From Ylistrum balloti (lineage: Eukaryota): DNA of 64,000 nucleotides. Numbering within the stretch: position 1 is the first letter of the stretch; each line of letters begins with the position of its first letter. The notes beneath the pieces are model-generated. The model ran no database searches and was not told where the DNA came from. It saw only the letters and a program-made list of their open reading frames with translations. The stretch lies in contig NW_026782025.1 in the NCBI RefSeq assembly GCF_031769215.1, positions 1-64,000 of the forward strand, in the 5' to 3' direction. Made by a program: the position numbers and the translations under genes. Shown here piece by piece: positions 12,749-25,479 of this stretch.

Positions 12749-12904
12749 CAGTGAAACCTAATCATCTCGAACTCGTATAACTCGAAAAGACCGATTAATT
12801 CGAAGTATTTCGTTTTCACATGACATTCGATTTCACCTGAATCGAATACTGGGATAACCCGAAGTTTTCCAACGGTCCCACCGACTTCAACGAAGTTTAA
12901 AGTG
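12749..12904. mobile_element. Tc1/mariner (pogo/Tigger-like) MITE, ~156 bp, TA target duplication
   Basis: The left end is TA|CAGTGAAACCTAATCATCTCGAA and the right end is a decayed inverted copy, AACGAAGTTTAAAGTG|TA. Internal repeated (C/T)TCGAA motifs and a subterminal ACGGTCCC are typical of this MITE class. Confidence 0.55.
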
Positions 12905-15127
12905 TACGAATTATCATTTGTCATTGATACAGCATGCTGTCGGACTGAGTGTTTAAGGTCACTGGTAAACTGTTAAGCCGAAGAGGATGAATATCGTTCA
13001 TCCCAATAAACAGGACTTGTACTGTCATTCAGCATTGCCGGCCTTTTGTGTATATCCAATAGCTATGACGTACATGTGTATATATAGTGATACATGTTCG
13101 GCGCCGTGTGTCCTTTACCAGATATTATCCTATTATGTTGGAATATCATCCACTTCCGTAGATTGCTACGAAATTGTGGCCTAATTCTACAGTAATGGAG
13201 CAATCGAGAAGCTGTACCGGGAAACTTGGGATAGAATCCAGTAGAAAGAACATTAAAGGGAAATGTGGTCAATCAGGTGGAGTAAAAGTACCTCCTAGTA
13301 AAAACAGATTATCTCTAATATGCCAATAATGATTGCACTTTTTTTAGAAAAAAAATCCTCTCATTTGATTTGAACATTTTTCTTTATGAGTTCCGGGAAA
13401 TAAAAGCATTTATCAAATTAAGGAACGGGCTGATTCAGTGTTACTGCAAACATCAGTCAGTGTTGTCTATCACTTGAGACTACCGCGTGGAAGGCGAATA
13501 ATTCTATTGAATGAGATTTTCTTGTTATAAAATGTATAAATAAATATCTATTATGAGGTATAAAAGTTCCCGTGACTCGTACATAGCTTAGAGATCAAAG
13601 AAAGACTTTGATACATAAGATAAACCAGGCTCCTAAAAGGCCGTTCCTCTCTCTCCAATAACCAAATCTGGATTCATAAAATTTTCTTTATCGTCGTTGG
13701 GTGGTTTTCTAAGCTTTTGTTTTGTTTAACACATATGATTTACAGACTTCGGAGGGTATTGACAACAAAACACAGCGTGTTCTAACCATATCATAAAAAA
13801 TCAATTCATGTGCAATTGGGAAACACATGAATGAACCGTGAAACGACTAAAATAATATTTTCGGCGCTTCAAGAGCAGAGTGTTTTGTAACTTATGATAG
13901 GACAGCGACATATATGCTCTCCTCTAGCAGTCAATCTGTAGCTGCATTTCATTGGAGTCTCTAGTTTGACTATATAACAGATGTGGGAAAAACGCAACGC
14001 ATTGTGTGTGAGATAGTTCAGTATTTTAAATAATAGATCTACCAAATTCCACGTTTAGTTACAAGTATTTTTGTATATGCTGTGCTTTAAGCGTAAAATG
14101 CGCCATTGACAATAATTTAGAAAAATTCGAGGAAGAATTAGTAATAGCCTTGTATCCAAGGCTAATGGAACTACTTAGAATTCATTTATATACCTCACCT
14201 ATGTAAACCTTGCCGAGAGTCATCAGTCTATTTCTCTTTTTTAGGTATGTAATGGTAATCCTAATTACTCCAACGGCGGCCTCCTGTATCTGCTTTGTGT
14301 TATAGCAAGGTAATTATCCGAATACATGACGTTTTCAAATGAGATTCTGAGAGTAAAATAAATCCAACAGATTAAGTAATGTGGTGCTTTTGCAGCACAA
14401 ACAGCAAAAAGTCAACGTCATTCTTGAAAACCCCAGTGACAAATACCTTACCTCCAAGGAGCTTATGTAACACGAAAGTCGTATTCATGCATTTTTACAG
14501 AATCAAACCTTCACTACATGTATATAGACGTTTTATTGTTTTAGGAAACATTAAACATACACCGCTAAACACCTGTTCGCCGTAAAGACACAAAATGTAT
14601 CGTTGTCAAATTATATTTGGTTCTAAAGCAATCAAATTATATTGCAAAAGAACCTCTACTGGGGACGACAATAATCTGATGTTGTCTGTAAGAAGAGCAA
14701 GGGAAATATTTTGAATGTTTCGTGAACCAGAATGGAATTTGATGTCAATTCATCCCTTCTGTCTCCAAGACAAGCGTTGGTCTTTATTGAAGGAAAATTC
14801 ATCTGTACTGACATTTTATGATCGTCAAAAGAACTGAAATGTCAGTTATTGTTTGTTTCGGATACAAGATAAGTTCCATTTGTATAGAATTAAGTAAAGG
14901 TATTAGATATGAGACAGACTTCCATGGCGGTACCAGTATCTTACAACACAGCCACTGAAACATGGACACAGCGATATTTTGAGGTATCATTGAAACGTAA
15001 TTGATTATTTTTGTGTTTATCTCAAGGACAACTTAATTTCACAAAGGATATAGTAGACATTATAATTGCCGTATGGTAGAGAACAAACCCAGACAGCAAC
15101 AGCGTCATCTTACCGGTAGTATTAGTA

Positions 15128-15481
15128 TTTCTTTGAAAATTAAAGACATGCTGTGTAGAACGGTGTAGAGTAGAACTAATATTTTTGACAGAATTATTAC
15201 CTCCGTTTTGCAATTATATATATATTTTCATAACGATGATGACCAGATGTTCAAGGGCATATCTAATTCCCCTCCTTGTCGATTGTTATGACCTTGGAAA
15301 CATTTCTTTGAAAATTAAAGACATTCTGTATGGAGCGGTGTAGAGTAGAATTAATATTTCTGACAGAATTATTACCTCCGTTTTGCAATTATATATATAT
15401 TTTTATAACGATGATGACCAGTTGTTCAAGGGCATATCTAATTATCCCTCTTTGTCGATTGTCATGCCCTTGGAAACATTT
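15128..15481. repeat. Local tandem duplication, ~176 bp x 2
   Basis: TTTCTTTGAAAATTAAAGACAT...CTTGGAAACATTT occurs at 15128-15302 and again at 15303-15481, with scattered substitutions and small indels. Confidence 0.93.
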
Positions 15482-17234
15482 AAGCTATATGACGGAAAGA
15501 ACTACACAAACGTAAACCAATTACCATCCGTAGACTTGGAGTAATATACCTCCATTACAAGAATAGTCAAGTGATATAATGTGTTGACTTTTACAAATGA
15601 ATCCTGAACAATTCAAATCGAACAGATCTGATATAGTCATCAATATCAACGAAAATGGCATATCTTTAGGCGTACATATACAACCAACATTCCGGGCAGG
15701 CTAATACGTGTCCCGGTCTATCCGGGATTACCTCAGTTTGGAGCGTGCAGAACGGAAAGATGGCGCGTTTGACGGACTGTCTGTTCAACAGCAATTAATG
15801 TTAAACGATTGACTTTTTAAAAAAAGAAAATAAATCAGCTTGGTACCCTTTACCTGTCTTTCTTTTTTCTTGACGAATTTCTCCACGTCATACTATAAAA
15901 TCATTGACTTTCGAAGGGGATTTATTTTCAATGATGTTGTGGGTACTCGTAATCCCAGAATTCAAATGTCCATACAATTCAAAAATAAATATAGGTCGAC
16001 TTATTAAGCTATATTTATCAATGAAATCAAGAATTTATAAAATAGCATATTTTGAAAGACCGCGAAATACAGTGTCACGAAAATGTATGATTGTACAATA
16101 ACAATGTTTCATTTAAGGATTCTTCTGTTGTAATAACACTTTGAGAAGGTATGGAAGCGCTTTATTCTAGTTAAACATTGCCTTCCAATAGCGCATACCA
16201 TCTACATACTCGATAAAAGATTAATCAAATCTCCCTACAGTACAACACAGTGTCGAGATCGTGAGACTACTATCAGGACTGTCTTTGTAAAATTAAACAG
16301 AAAAAAACCATTCGGAGTCCGCAAACAGTCAAGAGTTTCTTTTTCAGAATTTAAATGAGCTGAGATTGTAATTTCCGTTTCTTATTTCAACAAAATGATC
16401 GTAATTTATTTTATTCGATCAAACTCGATATACAAGTTAGATAATAAGGAACCGTAGCGCCCTTTTGCATCATTACAGGGGAATAAGGCAACGAACTCCA
16501 GTTATGATATTAAGCTAACAAAACACCAAATTTTTATTTTGTCAGTAATACATATATAACTAATGAAAGACATTTTCAACCTTCAAAGCGCTAGCAAAAA
16601 CCTGCCAGGGCGTCAAGATATATATATACGTAACCAATGTAGCTGTACCTAAATAATGACTGGTTTCCCAGTTTCAATAATTAAATAATTCCTTTCTTAA
16701 TATCTAAATAATAAATAGAGGCAACCAAATGTTTCGTTTCTACAAACAGGAGGGATATATTGCCAGATAAAAGCAAGATCAACAAGTCCATTTGTGCGGT
16801 TAACTACCTAAACACACACTATACCAAATGTAAAATGTTTATTGCATATTATAAGTCCCCTTTCTCGGCAATGTACATATAATGGGATGGCATTGCAAAT
16901 TTAGAAATGTATGTATGAATGCGAGCCCTTTAAAAACTACAAATGAATGAAATATCTAGATTTTCTTTTGTATTACTTTATTATACAAAAGAAAAGATAT
17001 GTAGGAAAAAGTTCATTTGACTATTCAGTTAAATGAAAATAGTGTATATATCTGTCTCCATAGAGTCAGTTTGGTGATAGATTTACAAATTCGAATACTG
17101 TACTTAAAACAAATACCGGTTGAAAAAGAAAAAATCTCAAGAAATACCATCAACATTATCATAATTCAAACTGAAATTCCATTAAAATAGCGCAAAATAT
17201 GAACAAGAGAAAGATTTACACGGAGACTCCTTAA

Positions 17235-18050
17235 AAAAGTACAAGGACAATAAGACCAGGTGTTCCAGGAGAGTGAGCGTCTTCTGCTTCATCGACGACA
17301 CCTGCCATGTAAAACTTTGGTCAATCTAGGTAAGTAATGTCACGTTGTCAAATGAGAACAAGGTATAAAACAACCAAATCAACAGACAAACTAACGAGCA
17401 TCAAATACATTCAAAGAATATAATACATTTCATTGAGATCACTATTGTGACTATAATACTACCCATAATGTTCATCTTTGGAACCCTTTTGTTACGAGTT
17501 TGCCAGTCAGTTGACGACTTCTTGCATGAAAATCGCGATAATGGGAACAGGCATTTGACTAACGAATCAACTGTGAAATGTAAATACCATAGGTTGGAGA
17601 TGCAGGGATATTGCTTTCCAGAAATGGAAAATTCTAAATAGAGAAAGCAAAATCATCACGTTTATCATACAGCTTGATTGAAAGCTGTCCATATTGGTGT
17701 CCATGTAGGGAAAGATCGAGATAAGCGGCTGATGTAAAAGAGTCTGTCGTGTCTTTGATTTCCAGTTCTGGTGGATAAATACGATGAACGTAGTAAATAA
17801 ATGTCTTGTTATTTAAAGACAAAACGTCATCAATATGTCTGAAGGCTTTTTGTAACAAAATATCACACGGAAACGTCTTCATATCCGTTTTGCTTTAGCT
17901 TCCTGGTGCAAAACCTTGACCAGACAATTTATTTGTCGACAGAGGAATAGTTCGATGAACTTTGAAGGAGTCGGTAAGTAACGACAACACTAAAGTATGT
18001 GTAATCAATTATATCGCCGTGTAATTGTCCGAACATTCTCATCAGAGGAA
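17235..18050 (-). mobile_element. 5'-truncated, degenerate Penelope-like retroelement (C-terminal RT, Naiad-type) with 3' UTR
   Basis: The minus strand translates AFRHIDDVLSLNN...IYPPELEIKDTTDS..SAAYLDL...KLYDKRDDFAFSI*NFPFLESNIPASPTYGIYISQLIR*SNACSHYRDF...LTGKLVTKGF. This is the RT palm (YIDD to HIDD) plus the thumb typical of PLEs. The RT runs straight into the 3' UTR motif (17252-17305) with no endonuclease after it. In-frame stops mark it as dead. Confidence 0.85.
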
Positions 18051-18429
18051 GTGTCCAGCACCTCTTGGTGTTCATAAAATTTGTCTGGGCGATACATAAC
18101 ATTCAACCATTCGAGGAGCACGTCTGGCTATGTCGGCTTGTCGCTTGTTTTATATTTGACCTTGGCTATAACTTGTACGGATTATATCCGTTGGTACCAT
18201 GTTTGTAATCTACAAGAAGGCAAAGCTTAAAATCTAATCTAAACATAAGTAAAAAGCATTCTTGTAAGTTGTTGGTTACATATCTACTCATAGCACTGAA
18301 GGTGGTTGTTGCCAGCATAATGGATATGTTGCTTCAACAGCAAGTTTGGCTCGGCAAAAAAATGACCTGTATCAAGTAATTACTTATTTTTGGCAAAATC
18401 AACGTTTTTTCCTTAATTTCAGGTACTCC

Positions 18430-18600
18430 GTGTACATTTCTACATATCTAAAGTCATTATTCACCGTAATCTACATAGGACACACAAGGATATTTGACAT
18501 TTGAATTCAAATAAAGTGTTAGTTAAGGTGTCTGCCAGAAGATAATTGCACTGCATCATACAGCAGTTTCGTCCTTCTAGGAGTACTCATCAGCGATGTT
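18430..18600 (-). mobile_element. Copy of dispersed hammerhead-bearing repeat family (best-preserved ribozyme core)
   Basis: The hammerhead at 18554-18598 is followed on the minus strand by CTTGTGTGTCCTATGTAGA and GATATGTAGAAATG, which match the family body in other copies. Confidence 0.7.
18554..18598 (-). ncRNA. Minimal type I hammerhead ribozyme motif
   Basis: The minus strand reads CATCG-CTGATGA-G-TAC-TCCT-AGA-AGGA-C-GAAAC-TGCT-GTA-TGATG. Both catalytic boxes (CUGAUGA, GAAA) are intact. Stem I is CAUCG/UGAUG, stem II is G-UCCU/AGGA-C with a 3-nt bulge, stem III is AC/GU, and the cleavage triplet is GUA (cut between 18559 and 18558). Confidence 0.75.
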
Positions 18601-19634
18601 AGGTTCCCAGTGTTGAAATCTGGGAATCAAAATGGGAAAATAGCAAAGAAACATTTCATAATAAATCGGTCGGCGTGTATTAAACTGTGTAATTTCATAT
18701 GCATTTCAAATGCAAAAGTAGCAAAAATAACGAATATTTCAGAACATACGGCGGAACATGTTATTTTCTTGACTCCGTTTATGCGCGATTTTCTAATCGG
18801 TAACAGTAAAACACCGGGGAGGTGGTTTCAACGATTTAATTACAATGACACAAAAGTCTATTAACGGTAAAATGTAGCTCTATGACAACAGAGTCGATTC
18901 TATTATCTTGATGTCAAGGCTATTTGCTATCATTTAATAATTTTATTGTTAATGATATTTTAATATGAACATAAATCTGTGTCTGACGATATAATTCGCG
19001 TTTCAATGTTCGTGGTCGGAATGCATAAGAGTCCGACGTATTTATATATAAAGTGCCGATAAATATTATCCCTCAGAAAGTGGCCTTGTCCAGTATTACA
19101 GATTCACCGTGTGCAGAACCAATAACGTGAGCTAAGTAATAGCAAATGACAAATCCACGGGGACCAGAAATCAGACTTAGCGAAGTGGTCGATCTCAATG
19201 ACCAGTTACCAGAGTGTCCGATAGGAACAAACCCGTCAACCAGCAACTATCGACCGAAGTCAAGTGCCGAGTACTCAAATTAATGGGTTACCTAACTGAT
19301 GGCTACAAAGAGGTCCTGTCATTCCACCATCGGACTCCCTTTTATTGGGAATGTCTTCCTGTCTGGAAAGGAGTTTGGCAAGAACCACCCATAAATGTCA
19401 TGTACAGTCCTGTATGTAATACCTCTATGAGTTCTAGATTAAGAACTCTGCCCCTGTCTGAAGACGTATTTGTTCTGTAATCGACCACCTAATGCTCGTA
19501 TCCTTTAGCCTCTTAATTGTTCACTTCTCTGCCGCTGGACTAATATTTTACTACCCTTGACAGCATCTGTATATGACGATCTTAAAGCTCATCCATATTG
19601 ATATATTGAGACATTGGATCTGAAATGTTTGTTA

Positions 19635-19820
19635 CTGAAATTTTATTAATTTTTGCGGGGGTTCTATTTTCGTTAATTGCGTGGGTACTTTTATTTCATG
19701 AGTTCATATGCCCACGAACTGTTAAAAATAAGTAAATGTATAGAGTTATTGAGTTATTTCTAGATTTTTGAGAATAAAAACCCACGAATATTTAGCCCTG
19801 CGAATGGCAGGACTTTACAG
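19635..19820. mobile_element. TA-flanked MITE (Tc1/mariner-like), ~186 bp
   Basis: The ends are TA|CTGAAATT and CTTTACAG|TA. Subterminal GCGTGGG on the left and CCCACGAA motifs on the right are in inverted orientation. Confidence 0.5.
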
Positions 19821-19849
19821 TAACATTAATTTTTATGAAATGATACCGG

Positions 19850-19990
19850 AAGCCTTCGGTGTTGTGGCGTAAAGTCGGCATTAGTTGCATACGATCACAT
19901 GGCGGCATATACACGAACACAAACTCAAGACAGGCAGTCTTATATTGACCATTGCTGTTGATAGGACGTCAAACAATATTAAATCAATGC
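19850..19990 (+). mobile_element. Possible SINE 3' fragment
   Basis: It ends in ATTGCTGTTGATAGGACGTCAAACAATATTAAATCAA, which resembles the tails of molluscan tRNA-derived SINEs. No head is recognisable. Confidence 0.35.
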
Positions 19991-21865
19991 TGATGTTACA
20001 GATGGTCAGTTCTGGACACAATGCATCAAAGGCATGTTTTTCCTGTTAAATATTGTAGTCAATCGGAATGGTCTTTTGAAAGTATTTCGTTATAACAAAT
20101 AGTAACGCCTCGGAGTCGGAATGTTAACAACGAATTAAAACCAGCCTTATCTAACTTCTGCCATACTTGTCCCGTGTGAAAGGCAGATATCGTCTACCCA
20201 TAATTTGAGATGACACATTGGCGGCGGTAATACAGTCTGCTAGACGCTCAGGCAGGAGCCGAATCGGTAACAGTTATAGTTCAGTGAAGAAATCTCCGGC
20301 GCTGGTCACTTCATACTGAGGTAATGGCGTTACAAGTGTATAAAACATTAATTTCCATTTGCCGCCATATTGATTTTACCTTCTATAAGAAATTATGCTT
20401 CATTGATAACATCGTCAATTGTACAATGCGAAAGCGAGAGGGTGTCGTTCTTAAGATTTCAATAGTGTTAATAGGATATGGACACATAAATTCCAAAGAA
20501 GACCACGTTAGATTTACAATCTAAACCTTGACACTTGTGGCGTCTTAACCGCGGAACAGAGAGAGGTCGAAGATGACCAATTTCTGAGTAACATCAAGTC
20601 TGTCCGGGTCAATATGCCGCTACATGGAGCCGAAATTTTATTACGCAGCACAGGATAGAGGTCGGCAAAATATGGCCATTACTTATGTCTACTATATTCC
20701 ATTACTGGTACCATCCTAACCCTAAGAGCTCGAGGAGTCGGTTTATGATTTTTCTTTTTGTCTCGGGGAGACATCAAGAGTGAAATGGTCATATCTTACT
20801 GAAAACAATTATCAAGAACAACCCAATTTCCTACAAATGCAGAATCATGGATTTTTTTTATATCATTCGTTTTGATATCTTCAGTATAACCCGAAGATTA
20901 AAAATTTCAGCTCTTAAAATCATAGTGTACAACAGCAACCATAAAAGTCAAAATCTAGATAGGGATGCACAAACCAAGCAATCAAAAATTCTAAGTGGTT
21001 TATCGAAGAGAGGCTATGAGGAATAAGTAATCGGCATACATAAAACCTAATGTGGGCGTAGATATTGTCAGTAATAGCTGTAATAGAGCCATGTGGTAAA
21101 ATAGGTCCGATGGGTCACATACATGGCCAACAAAATGGTGAAACTAGGCTTAACGAAGGCACGCAGAGGTATTTTATACCTTTCTGGGGACAAATGAGTT
21201 AAGGCATGCTAAAAATCTAATATACAGGCAAACGATTCGTCCAGAAAGTTTATGTATGTCACTGTTCCCAGCCAACACTAACTAACATGTAGCAGACCTA
21301 ATATAGACAGTACCAGAAAGTAATCGCATAAAAGTGCACCATCCACGTCACGCGAATTACCAATTATGTAACGAAAAATAGACGCAGTCTTATAACGTGC
21401 CAGATAGAATTAAACTTGAGTTCTTAAAAACGCGAACTAAGTGAGGATCAAACTGCAAATTTCATGTTTACAATTTGTGATCAGGGCTCTTACCATAAAG
21501 GTACATCATACCGATAACAAGTGTGTGCTAATGAAATTAGAGTGACATAAACGCTGTAGGTTTATTAAAGGTGGCAGGGATACATGTATATATAACGCTC
21601 CACAAAGCAAGCCCTGGCACGGAAAATGATCATCAATCTGTACTGCAAGAGCGTCTACCGTTTATCAAAATTCAGAGATCTCTTCCAGGAATCGTAAAAT
21701 ATGTAAATTACCACGGATGCTATATTATTTCCGAAAACAATCCACACATTATGAGTTGTTAAGATGTTAGCTGTTGAGGTCACTAATCATAACTTGAAAA
21801 TGTTCATTGTCGGAGAGAGATAAGTGAAAACACAGTTTTCGGATTTTTAGGACATTCACACGGAC

Positions 21866-22135
21866 TCTAATTAGAGTTCTGGAAATAACACTGTGTCTGT
21901 AAGTAGAGCCCTAGGATAGCCACAATGCCTGTCAACTTGTCAGTAATGTCTTAGGACAACCACACTACCTGTAATTGGAGTTCTGGAAATACAACACTGA
22001 GTGTAATTGGAATTCCAGTACTACCACACTGCCTGTAATTGGAATTCCAGTACTATCACACTACCTGTAATTGGAATTCCAGTACTACCACACTGCCTGT
22101 AAGAAGAGTGTTAACACTACCACACTACGTGTAGG
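21866..22135. repeat. Minisatellite, 32 bp unit, ~3-4 good copies plus decayed flanks
   Basis: The unit is CACT(G/A)CCTGTAATTGGAATTCCAGTACTA(C/T)CA, with a 32 bp period (CTGTAATT at 22033 and 22065). Confidence 0.9.
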
Positions 22136-23279
22136 TAGGGTCTTATTTCAGTCACCACGAGCCAACGAAAAAACAACACCGTCTTTAATCGGAATACTAA
22201 AACCACAGGTACTACGATACCTTTTAACAGAGACCGAAAACTAACCTATTGGCGCCAAAAGTAGTCACATCAAAATTTGATTCGCTTTTATGAGATTTTT
22301 ACCTCCCTATACATACTGAATAGGAAAATTCAATTCAAGTCTTCCCTATGGGATATGTATGTGTGTCTACTAATATAAAAGCTGTCAGTGGCAGGGTGTG
22401 TTTTGACGTGGAGACCACTGGATTTTATCGATGACAATGGTTTGGTAGACTACACGCACTGATCAGCATCCAGATCGCCCATTTCTTTATGAAAATACAA
22501 GTTAGTACATGATCTTGAATTCGTGTGAATTTTCATTGAAGTGCGCTAGTGTTAAGATAATCGATCTATTGATTTTCACTCTTGAGGTGAAAACAAATAC
22601 GGGTTTGAATGATTTAAAGGGAAAATGTGCTAAACCATCCATACAACCTTGAGAATTTAATTGATCTAGAACACTGAAGTAATTTTTTTAAACATTTTAC
22701 ATGAAACCAAGACATATTCCAACAATGAATTGTAGGATCTTAAGTGTTATGACGCCTTTACCCAGGGGTCAAGACACATGTAAATATACAGCTATTGGGA
22801 AAGGATATCAACTGTGCTGTTTTTACAGTTTGACACCCGGACTAAGACCCAAAGGGTCAGGAACACCTATCGAGTCTCTCTGGTCGAAGCAATTTAGGTT
22901 GTAGATCGTAGTTTTTTCCCTATTTGACCCCCTCCACCGTTCAGTTCAAACCTTAGGGATCAATGGGGAAATCTGGGCCGTTGATGGACGCATTTCATTC
23001 CCTACGGACGGCATGTTTTGTATATTTTCATAGATATAATATTTCAACCTGGTCATAGAGAATTAGTTTCACTTCTCAACAAGCTTTATTTTCCATGGGA
23101 GGTAAGAATTAATTTCAACTAGACTCCATTCACTAAATTTGTACAATGTACCGACTGTGCGATGTACCGTCGTAGCTTTTAATTAGTGTTGTTGTGTGGA
23201 CCAGACTCACAGATCATTATACAAATCGAGGCCATAGCCGCTCGTAGAGAGCTGGCACCTTTTCGGTTGTAATATACCG

Positions 23280-23460
23280 TTCCACTGTATTCTGTATTGA
23301 TTCTGCAATTTTGCTTCAGTAGTTCAGGATAATACTCCAACAGTTTATCAACAACCCCCTCCCTTCCTCCATAAAATCTATGTGCCAGGAAGTTGGCACT
23401 TTCTTTCACGATGGAAGAGAATGGATCTTTCGAGTATAATACGAACCATGCCAGGTCTCC
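23280..23460 (-). mobile_element. Possible Ty3/gypsy integrase C-terminal (GPY/F region) fossil
   Basis: ORF 23179-23526 contains GDLAWF...LAHRFYGGREGVVDKL, which resembles GDLVW...KL..R(W/F).GPY.VV.KL. The GPY motif itself is not intact. Confidence 0.3.
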
Positions 23461-23686
23461 TTGTTGCAATATAACGATACAGATTAATGATTTTCTATAT
23501 AACGCACCGATGTGTACATGTATCAATATGTAACATCACCACACGAATACAACATGTCTATAAACGAAGATTCCATATATCTTACCAAATCGTTCAGAGT
23601 ACAGAAAGGAAATATATCAAAATTCTGCGGGGCAGGGTTTGATTCATTCGAATAGTGGCACGGTTCAGAATATACACATATGTTCT

Positions 23687-23712
23687 TTGCGTCCTTCTAA
23701 ACTCATCAGACA
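23687..23712 (-). mobile_element. Fragment of hammerhead-bearing family (5' half only)
   Basis: The minus strand reads GTCTGATGAGTTTAGAAGGACGCAAA. CTGATGAG and TAGAAGGAC are kept; GAAA is mutated. Confidence 0.55.
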
Positions 23713-23794
23713 TATGGAAATTACGAGCATTATCATGTGTCTAGAACACTTCTCTTTCTTGATTTTGACTTTTCTTTCTATGCTTCAAAATTTA

Positions 23795-23915
23795 GGTCCT
23801 TAGCGTAACTGACTAGATGAACGAAATAGCTGTATGATGCAGTTTTATGCATTGTTCGGCTATGCTGTACTTAACTGTAAACTTGTGTCTTTTGTACAAT
23901 CTTTGAGGATATTCT
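23795..23915 (+). mobile_element. Copy of hammerhead-bearing family (core with deletion)
   Basis: TTTAGGTCCTTAG...CTGACTAGATGAACGAAATAGCTGTATGATGCAG...ACTTGTGTCTTTTGTACAATCTTTGAGGAT matches the family consensus. Confidence 0.7.
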
Positions 23916-25479
23916 TAAACTGTGAAGATGCAATAGATGTAGATTTTCGTTTGTCGTCCCCTCCCCTGTCTTCGCTTTTTCCGCTTTTGTGAACAAATTG
24001 TTACCGTATCTTGATTGTAGACGTGTAGACGGAGTGTTCGTAAGCCGCTGTCTGTATCGATAACATTATGTAAGATATATAAATAATTATGGATCTAATT
24101 AACTACCGCATCCTTTTGTGAGAGTATACAACCGGCCGATAGCCGCCGTATTGCAATGCAGACCGAGAGAGACCTTAATAAGTAATAGACCGATAATTTA
24201 ATGTTGGTGATAGTAATGACCAGGTCCCCTCTTCAATAAAAAAAACTACTGTATTGGTTTTATAATTGTTCTGTCATTTACATATTTGTTTTTTATAGTT
24301 GATAAGTAATGTTCTTTTCGAGAGTTAAAATTTCCGAGGTAAGAGTATATCGCGAAACTAGTAATAGGATAAATAAAAGGAGAGACCGTAGGCTGTGTGT
24401 TTCACAGAAATAAAACTCACAAATGATTTATTTCGGCCACTGTTTCAACATTTATTAGGTCATAATTTAAAACCAAAATGTTTGCAGTCATAAGGCTATT
24501 TCTACTGCCGCTCACCTGCTACAGACATTACAATTTCAGTCAATGTTGATATGTGGTGTCGACTGTCCCCGCAGGCGTAGCTGAGAAATGACTTTTACAA
24601 AACAAATGATAAGAAAATTAAAGAGAGAGAATACTAACAAAAAAACAATATTGTATTGTAGAGTCATGATGTATTTGAACGTCATTTAGAATGCACCAAT
24701 ATTGAAAATTGAATAAATTTACGCGGTTATTGCAACGTGAGTAAAATTATCAGTTACGACTGGATTCGACTGTCTTAACTCGCTGTCCATATCATTATGT
24801 ATTAAATCGTAAGCCCGAGAATGATGAAAAAGCTGTATGTTGCAATTGTATCCAACATTCGACATTTTCTTTATCTAAATATATTAAATATAATTTACAT
24901 ATATTAAAAGATTATATTGCACGCCATTTATGAAATATTTACGGAGTTGTTTCTGTACTGCTGTTCTTTTGCAATGTTTTTTTCTCATAAAATTATTTTT
25001 AAATGACTCAAAATTCACTTATACATATATATCATTATAGACCCGCATTGGAACAGCAGTTATTTAAAGGAAGAGCTTTTTTCCCGACTGTTGTCGGCAA
25101 TAGATGCAACACTCAACAAAGTATTCTCACATATGCAATTAAAAATGTACATTTAAAAATAATCGTTTATTTGAAAATTACGAAAAAGTGAATGAATCCA
25201 CGGCAATGTGTTATGCAATGTAATACATGTTTTCATAAAACTTGTGATTCATATAATACTACGCCTGCCACTTCATCAGTTCATGTTATTGGAAAAGAGC
25301 ACACATAGGATTTTGTATATAGGTCGATGCAGATATATGTGTTCGTTTCAATAGTTTTATTACATGTAGGGTTCCGTTCGCTATATAATTTTGAACACAC
25401 AAAGTTTCATTTTTCATGTTTGCACACCTGCTAATTAGGCAAAATAATTTAAATTTTCTGCATTGCAACTCACGCTTCA

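Noticed and set aside
12975-13015. CCGAAGAG plus the hairpin GGATGAA/TTCATCC
   Set aside because: The hairpin is real, but the core is mutated (CCGA) and GAAA is absent, so it cannot be supported as a ribozyme.
13255-13275. TTAA-AGGG start resembling a Kolobok/piggyBac terminus (a similar one lies near 22615)
   Set aside because: No matching inverted terminus could be located.
17440-17640. Selenocysteine recoding of in-frame stops in the Naiad-type fossil
   Set aside because: Two of the three nearby stops are TAG at conserved V and Y positions, which is ordinary decay. No SECIS was seen.
18020-18050. CTGATGAG followed by a small hairpin on the minus strand
   Set aside because: No GAAA box follows the hairpin.
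20716-20726. CCTAACCCTAA telomere-like sequence
   Set aside because: Under two units; expected by chance.
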